Assembly (NCBI GenBank): GCA_051003195.1
Contig: JBPCLP010000013.1
Location: 1 to 64,000, forward strand
Reading direction: 5' to 3'
Length of the DNA stretch: 64,000 bases
From: Candidatus Sumerlaeaceae bacterium
GTDB lineage: Bacteria > Sumerlaeota > Sumerlaeia > Sumerlaeales > Sumerlaeaceae
The notes below the pieces were generated by a model. It saw only the letters and a list, made by a program, of their open reading frames with translations, had not been told where the DNA came from and did no database searches. A program made the translations under genes and the position numbers. Below are positions 58,773 to 64,000 of this stretch, piece by piece (the first letter of the stretch is position 1; the number at the start of each line of letters is the position of its first letter).

Positions 58773-59402
58773 TCAGTCCAGCAACTTTTGATGAAACACA
58801 TAACGCACAATTTCAGAGTTCGTCTGCATGGACATTTTTTCGAGAATTCGTGTTCGGTAGGTACTGACCGTTTTTACGCTGAGACTCAGCCGTTCACCAA
58901 TTTCCGTGATTGTAAGACCGGACCCCAGCAGGCGAAACACTTCGAACTCGCGGTCTGACAATTCCTCATGGGGCAGCTTTTCGGTTTTGCGGTGCAGCTC
59001 GCCGGCCAATCGCTCCGCCAACGAAGAACTGATATACTTTCCGCCTGACAACACCTTTCCCAGCGCGCCTACCAGTTCATCTGGCGCGCTATCTTTCGTC
59101 AGGTAACCGTCGGCGCCTGCTTTCATCGCCCGGATGGCATATTGGTCCTCTGGATAAATCGTCAGCATGATAACAGGGAGCTTTGGGTACTCACGCTTGA
59201 GGTCCTGCAAGGTCTCCAGCCCGTTTCTGCCCGGCATTGAGATATCGAGCAACACCGCGTCCACCTTTTGTTGCGCGACGATCTGCAAGACTTCCGCACC
59301 GCTGGACGCTTCCAGGATGGAATAGCCGGTCAGGTCGAGCACGATATCGCGCAGTCCACGCCGGACGATCGGGTGGTCGTCGGCAATGAGGATGTTTACC
59401 AT
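58773..59402 (-). CDS. NarL/LuxR family response regulator
   Basis: ILIADDH, LLDISMPG, GYLTK, LSDREFEV..LSVKTVSTYR. Confidence 0.95.
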   Translation of the reverse strand: MVNILIADDHPIVRRGLRDIVLDLTGYSILEASSGAEVLQIVAQQKVDAVLLDISMPGRNGLETLQDLKREYPKLPVIMLTIYPEDQYAIRAMKAGADGYLTKDSAPDELVGALGKVLSGGKYISSSLAERLAGELHRKTEKLPHEELSDREFEVFRLLGSGLTITEIGERLSLSVKTVSTYRTRILEKMSMQTNSEIVRYVFHQKLLD

Positions 59403-59578
59403 ATTCGAGTGAGGAGCCACGACTGATCATCATCGGAGCAGGAGTGTCAGAAGCAAGTGCCGAAACAGTCCTCGCTGAGCAAGCTACTGCCATGGCTTCG
59501 TCGGCGGTGGGAATTGCGAAGAGCTGCTTTACATGGAATTCCATAGAATCCATACGCCTCGCTGAAGTACATGCCGAG

Positions 59579-60667
59579 ATGATCGACTGGAAATGTGCTA
59601 TGGGAGTGTGGTTCTGGTTTTGCTCTGCTCTCTGCGCGCAGGCCACGGCTCCTGTACGACAAATTCCTGCCGGCGGCAAAACAGACGTGCCCAGGCGCGA
59701 TGCGGCCACGACCAGCGTTGCTGTGCGGGAAGGTTTACCGATGGTTGACCCGCAGCGCATGGGACGCTTGAATCTGGAAAAGCTTCCCACCGGTCCTGAC
59801 GGCAAGAAGATGGTTGCGATGGTGAATGGCGTACCAATTTCGGAAGAGCGCTTCCTGTCGGTTCTGCGCAAAGCAGTCGAGCCTGCAGCCAGGTCGGACC
59901 TCCAACGGGTGCAGGGCGAGATGGCCGCCTTTGCCAGCCCGGTGCTTGAACAGATGATCGCGGTGGCATTGTACCGCCAGTACGCGGCCCGGTTTAAATT
60001 AGCGCCTGCTGAACATGAGATCAATGGCGAGATGGCCAGGATGAACGCACGTCTTCCCGCCGGTAGAAAGCTGCAGGATGAGGCGTTTGCGTCTGGAAGG
60101 ACTGCAGCTGACGTGCGCCAGGACGTTGAGGATCAACTGATCAGTTCACGCGTCGAGGAACGGGTAAATGATCAGTTCACTACCGGCACCCCGACGAATG
60201 AACAGCTAAAGTCTTTGCTGCTCGGGTCGAACCTGACGACGTCTCGCGCCGTCGAACTGCGAGCCAGCCATATCGTTTTTCGTGCGAAGCCTGATATGAC
60301 AAAGGAGCAGATCGAGGACGCGCGCGCGCGTGCAGACAGAGTTCTCGGACTGGTCCGTGGCGGCCTGGATTTTGCCACGGCGGCACGACAGCATTCGCAG
60401 GACCGACATACAGCGGCAATAGGTGGAGATCTCGGCTATTTCACCGCAGGGAGAATGCTGGCCGAATTCGACAAGGCTGCCTTTGAATTAAGGCCGGGTG
60501 AAGTGAGCGGAGTCGTAAGGACTCCCGTCGGATTCCACATTATTAAAGTATCGGAGCGACACGAGGACACCGCGCACAGCATGTATTTCCTGCATGAGAA
60601 GGCGGCGGCACTCACTCGTTTCCGCGAAAACCTCAAACAGAGTGCCAAAATCGAGCGATTTATCTGA
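59579..60667 (+). CDS. parvulin-type peptidyl-prolyl isomerase (SurA/PrsA-like)
   Basis: VAMVNG, RASHI, GGDLGYF, FDKAAF, TPVGFHIIKV; start uncertain. Confidence 0.88.
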   Translation: MIDWKCAMGVWFWFCSALCAQATAPVRQIPAGGKTDVPRRDAATTSVAVREGLPMVDPQRMGRLNLEKLPTGPDGKKMVAMVNGVPISEERFLSVLRKAVEPAARSDLQRVQGEMAAFASPVLEQMIAVALYRQYAARFKLAPAEHEINGEMARMNARLPAGRKLQDEAFASGRTAADVRQDVEDQLISSRVEERVNDQFTTGTPTNEQLKSLLLGSNLTTSRAVELRASHIVFRAKPDMTKEQIEDARARADRVLGLVRGGLDFATAARQHSQDRHTAAIGGDLGYFTAGRMLAEFDKAAFELRPGEVSGVVRTPVGFHIIKVSERHEDTAHSMYFLHEKAAALTRFRENLKQSAKIERFI

Positions 60668-60700
60668 CCATACAATCAATCAGGGCGACGACTCCCGATG

Positions 60701-62053
60701 TTACGAGGCCACGCCATCCTCATGTACTGCTGGATGTTTACTCTTGGCTGGTAGTGCTTTGCAGATCTTCGCGAGTGTCTCGACCGTATAATCTGCCTGT
60801 TCCTTCGTAAGACACAACGGCGGGCAGAAGCGGATCGCATGGGCACCGCATCCCAACGCGAGGATCCCATTTTCATAGAAGTCGGTAATGATGTCGTTGC
60901 GCAGAGCCGAGGAGTACTCTCCGGTGTCGTCCACGACGTCGATGGCCAGCATCAGACCCAGACCGCGTGCATTTTTTACGTGCGGCACCCTGGTTTCCAG
61001 TTCGGCCAGCCGCTCGCGCAGGTAATCGCCAACCACGCGCGCGTTCTCCATCAGGCCATCTTCCAATAGGTCCATGGTTGCGTTTGCGGCGGCACAAGCA
61101 ACCGGGTTGCCACCGAACGTCGTGCCATGCTGACCCGGGCCCCAGTCCATGATCTCGGCCTTCGCCATAAATCCGCCCAATGGCAGACCACTCGCAATTC
61201 CCTTGGCGAAGGTCATTATATCGGGTTCCAGGCCGAAGTGCTCACATGCGAACATCTTGCCGGTACGCCCCATGCCACTCTGCACTTCGTCAACTACCAG
61301 CAGGATCTTGTGCCGCGTGCATAACTCGCGCAGGCCATGGAGCCATTCACGCTTTGGGATAATGTAACCGCCCTCGCCCTGGATCACCTCGACGAATATG
61401 GCAGCGAAATTTCCCATGTCGGCCGCCTTGCCGAGCACATAGTTTTCAATGTAATCCAGGTCATCGCCATAGCGGGCGTGCTGAATGCCGGGAAGAAACG
61501 GGGAAAAGTTTTTGCGTTGGACGTTCTTGGAGGCGGTCAGGCTCAGCGCGCCCATTGTGCGCCCGTGAAACGCGCCAAAGAAGGACAGCATCTGGTGGCC
61601 CCCGGTTGCATGTCGTGCCAGCTTAATCGCACCTTCGATGCTTTCTGCACCGGAGTTCGTGAAAAACACCCGTTTCTTGCCCTTGATGGGGGCGTACTTG
61701 AACAGGCGCTCGGCGAGACGAACCTGAACCTCGTAGTAAAAATCGGTCCCGCTCATATGAAGAAAGCGGCTCGCCTGCTCGGTGATGGCATTCACTACAT
61801 GGGGGTGGCTATGGCCGGTAGAGCAGACGGCAATTCCTGCGGCCATGTCGAGGAAACGGTTTCCGTCGGCGTCCCATACGAGGCAGCCTTCGCCACGATC
61901 CATCACAAACGGATAATCGCGCGTGTAGGAGCTCGACATCACAGCTTTGTCACGATCGATAATCGCGCGCGACTTTGGTCCTGGCAGGCGTCCCTTCACT
62001 TCGGGGAGCATATCCTTAGCCGCTTTTACCAGTGTTGCAGTTGCGTTCGCCAT
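60701..62053 (-). CDS. class III aminotransferase (4-aminobutyrate/acetylornithine-like)
   Basis: FTNSGAES, FHGRT, IQGEGG, DEVQSGMGRTG, FAKGIASG, TFGGNP; AGGAG RBS. Confidence 0.93.
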   Translation of the reverse strand: MANATATLVKAAKDMLPEVKGRLPGPKSRAIIDRDKAVMSSSYTRDYPFVMDRGEGCLVWDADGNRFLDMAAGIAVCSTGHSHPHVVNAITEQASRFLHMSGTDFYYEVQVRLAERLFKYAPIKGKKRVFFTNSGAESIEGAIKLARHATGGHQMLSFFGAFHGRTMGALSLTASKNVQRKNFSPFLPGIQHARYGDDLDYIENYVLGKAADMGNFAAIFVEVIQGEGGYIIPKREWLHGLRELCTRHKILLVVDEVQSGMGRTGKMFACEHFGLEPDIMTFAKGIASGLPLGGFMAKAEIMDWGPGQHGTTFGGNPVACAAANATMDLLEDGLMENARVVGDYLRERLAELETRVPHVKNARGLGLMLAIDVVDDTGEYSSALRNDIITDFYENGILALGCGAHAIRFCPPLCLTKEQADYTVETLAKICKALPAKSKHPAVHEDGVAS

Positions 62054-62192
62054 CTTCTTCTCCTGGTGCACATGACCGCGCCATTCGTAAGCCCGCTTCG
62101 GACGGCAAGTGGTGCCGTTAGCCATAAATCACAATCTGTGAAATGATTCACATACTGGCTTTCGCAAAACCGAGATTTTGAATTCTCGAGCG

Positions 62193-63101
62193 TTAGAACC
62201 GAATTCTCGTAAACGGGATCTGACGCACGGTGATGGTGGCCCACACGATACCGGCCAGCAGCCCGCCAGCGTGCGCGTAGTTGGCGATAGGTCCGACCCA
62301 ACCTGTGAAACAAAGGAAAAACCAGGCGATCATTAAAATGACCGTTTCCCGGTCCAGGACATATGCGCGCCGGGGGTCATGCTTCGCACAAATCCAGATG
62401 TAACCGAACAGCCCATAAACCGCGCCGGACATTCCCAGAAACAGGGGACTGCCGCCCAGCCAGTACTGCAGCACGTTTCCCACAATGCCGTATATCAGCA
62501 CCTGCAGCCCGAAGTTGAGGCTACCTTCATTATTTTCGATCGTGCCGCCGAGTTGGCGCAGCCATATCACGTTAAAGAGGAGATGCAGCGGTCCGCCATG
62601 CAGAAGAGCGGGAGTAAACAAACGCCAGAGCTGACCGTGTGTGATCTCGTGCAACGGATTGCCGGCCGCCAGGCTTTGCGGTGTCGTAAACATGAGCGCT
62701 TCGCGAAAGATCGCCCTGGCGGCAACGAAATCGTAAACATACAGTGCGACGCAGATGAACATGAGTCCCATCGTGAGCGGGCCCATGGCTGCCGAATGGA
62801 AGATTCCCCACAGGCTGCGAGCGTCGATGATTTCTGAACGAGACCGCTTGTTCGCTGCACGTTCCTGCTTCTCAATCCTTGTTGCGACCTTGACGCCCTC
62901 ATCGTAGCGGGAGTTTCCGGAGTCCGCAAGGAAATGCTGTAATTCCGAGGTGGCCTGCGTCAGCTGCAAGTCGCTGTGTACCCAGATTTCGAACGTGCTG
63001 TCGCGCGCCGGATCAGCTTGTGCTGCGATGCCTGAGGCAATCAAATAAGCGCTGAAGCGCCGGGCGTCGATCTCCGATGCCACATTTCCAATTTTACGCA
63101 T
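62193..63101 (-). CDS. rhomboid family intramembrane serine protease (GlpG-like)
   Basis: WRLFTPALLH, HLLFN, GMSGAVYG, AHAGG. Confidence 0.92.
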   Translation of the reverse strand: MRKIGNVASEIDARRFSAYLIASGIAAQADPARDSTFEIWVHSDLQLTQATSELQHFLADSGNSRYDEGVKVATRIEKQERAANKRSRSEIIDARSLWGIFHSAAMGPLTMGLMFICVALYVYDFVAARAIFREALMFTTPQSLAAGNPLHEITHGQLWRLFTPALLHGGPLHLLFNVIWLRQLGGTIENNEGSLNFGLQVLIYGIVGNVLQYWLGGSPLFLGMSGAVYGLFGYIWICAKHDPRRAYVLDRETVILMIAWFFLCFTGWVGPIANYAHAGGLLAGIVWATITVRQIPFTRIRF

Positions 63102-63151
63102 GCTTGATGCTGGCAATCAGGGGCGGAGCACTGCAACAGCGAAAACGCGCA

Positions 63152-64000
63152 TTACGGGTGAATCAGCCACGTCGGCTCTGCCGCCGTCACGCCCAGGGGA
63201 ATAGGCAGTGCAGGTGCAGCCTGCGCGCGAATGCCCAGGGTTGCCCATGCGGGCTTGGCCGAGTTGCCGTTGGTCTGGCTTGTGCGAACACCGAGATAGT
63301 TGCTCCAACTGGATGCAGCGTACCCGGCCTCGCACGGATTACCGGAGCCCGGAGTCAGGTCGCGGAACGCAAACCAGAAAATGGGCCCGAGTTTCAGGGT
63401 GCTGCGTTGTGCCTCGACGCGCGTGATCGTCTCACTCAGGTAGTTATCCTGCGTCGCCAGGCTTACGGCGGGATGGCTACTGGTGGTGCCGCCGGTCGGC
63501 CAGCCAAATTCCGTTGTCCATATTTCTGCGGAGCTGCCTGCCGCATTCAGTGTGTTGCGCATGATGGTGAGGTGGTTTTGGATGTCGGAGGGCAGCGTCG
63601 GATACGAATGTGCGCCAAGCGCGTTAAATGCCGCCACCGAACCGCTTTGCGCGAGTACCTGCTGCAAGAAGGTGACACCGCCATTTGTGTTTGCATCCGC
63701 GCCTCGCAACGCCAGACCGGCAAAGACGATGCATGCCGCGCCATCCGCCGATCGAACGGCTGCTTTCGTGCGGGTCAGGAGAGTCAGGTATTGCGTCGGG
63801 CTCGTCGGTAAGCCGCCCCAATTCGAACTGAGGTTCGGCTCGTTCCAGACTTCCCAGGCGCGAAGCGGAAGATACGGGATATCGGTACGGAGTGTGCCAC
63901 CCGGATACCAGAAAGATCCGCCGGGTCCATAACGCAACACCATGTTGCGTGAAAATTGCTCGAAGGTTGTAAGCTGCGCCTCGGTCGTGGGTGGCGCGAC
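63152..64000 (-). CDS. clan GH-A glycoside hydrolase (GH5/GH39-like), 5' end outside window
   Basis: Frame open to 64000; AWEVWNEPN, AHSY, IWTTEFGW; ends TAAEPTWLIHP. Confidence 0.8.
   Translation of the reverse strand, partial: VAPPTTEAQLTTFEQFSRNMVLRYGPGGSFWYPGGTLRTDIPYLPLRAWEVWNEPNLSSNWGGLPTSPTQYLTLLTRTKAAVRSADGAACIVFAGLALRGADANTNGGVTFLQQVLAQSGSVAAFNALGAHSYPTLPSDIQNHLTIMRNTLNAAGSSAEIWTTEFGWPTGGTTSSHPAVSLATQDNYLSETITRVEAQRSTLKLGPIFWFAFRDLTPGSGNPCEAGYAASSWSNYLGVRTSQTNGNSAKPAWATLGIRAQAAPALPIPLGVTAAEPTWLIHP

Overview
A 64-kb, GC-rich bacterial chromosomal segment with about 55 protein-coding genes. I see no rRNA, tRNA, CRISPR array, integrase or transposase. Housekeeping genes include mutS2, leuB, mscL, pheA, tyrA, accD, a class III aminotransferase and a rhomboid protease. 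There are several large secreted multidomain hydrolases, three GT-C-like membrane glycosyltransferases, and a set of general-stress genes (DUF892 ferritin-like fusion, nucleotidyltransferase/metallophosphoesterase pair, Ku/LigD-Pol/LigC, glycine-zipper protein). The pseudopilin style and the protein C-termini suggest Candidatus Sumerlaeota (BRC1); this is an inference from recalled protein style, not a search. Main signals not explained by the gene list: (1) a family of 96-bp hairpin elements bounded by CTAG/CTGG/CCAG, with four copies showing compensatory base changes, two of them inserted in tandem and in frame inside a BaiN/HI0933 flavoprotein gene; (2) sigma-54-type -24/-12 motifs ahead of the scattered general-stress genes; (3) a shared short Trp-containing C-terminal tail on unrelated secreted enzymes, a candidate sorting signal; (4) a DnaD-like plus DnaC/DnaI-like gene pair embedded between pheA and tyrA; (5) a recurrent DxxTT motif in envelope proteins. 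All calls come from reading the sequence and ORF track by eye. Start codons are best guesses.
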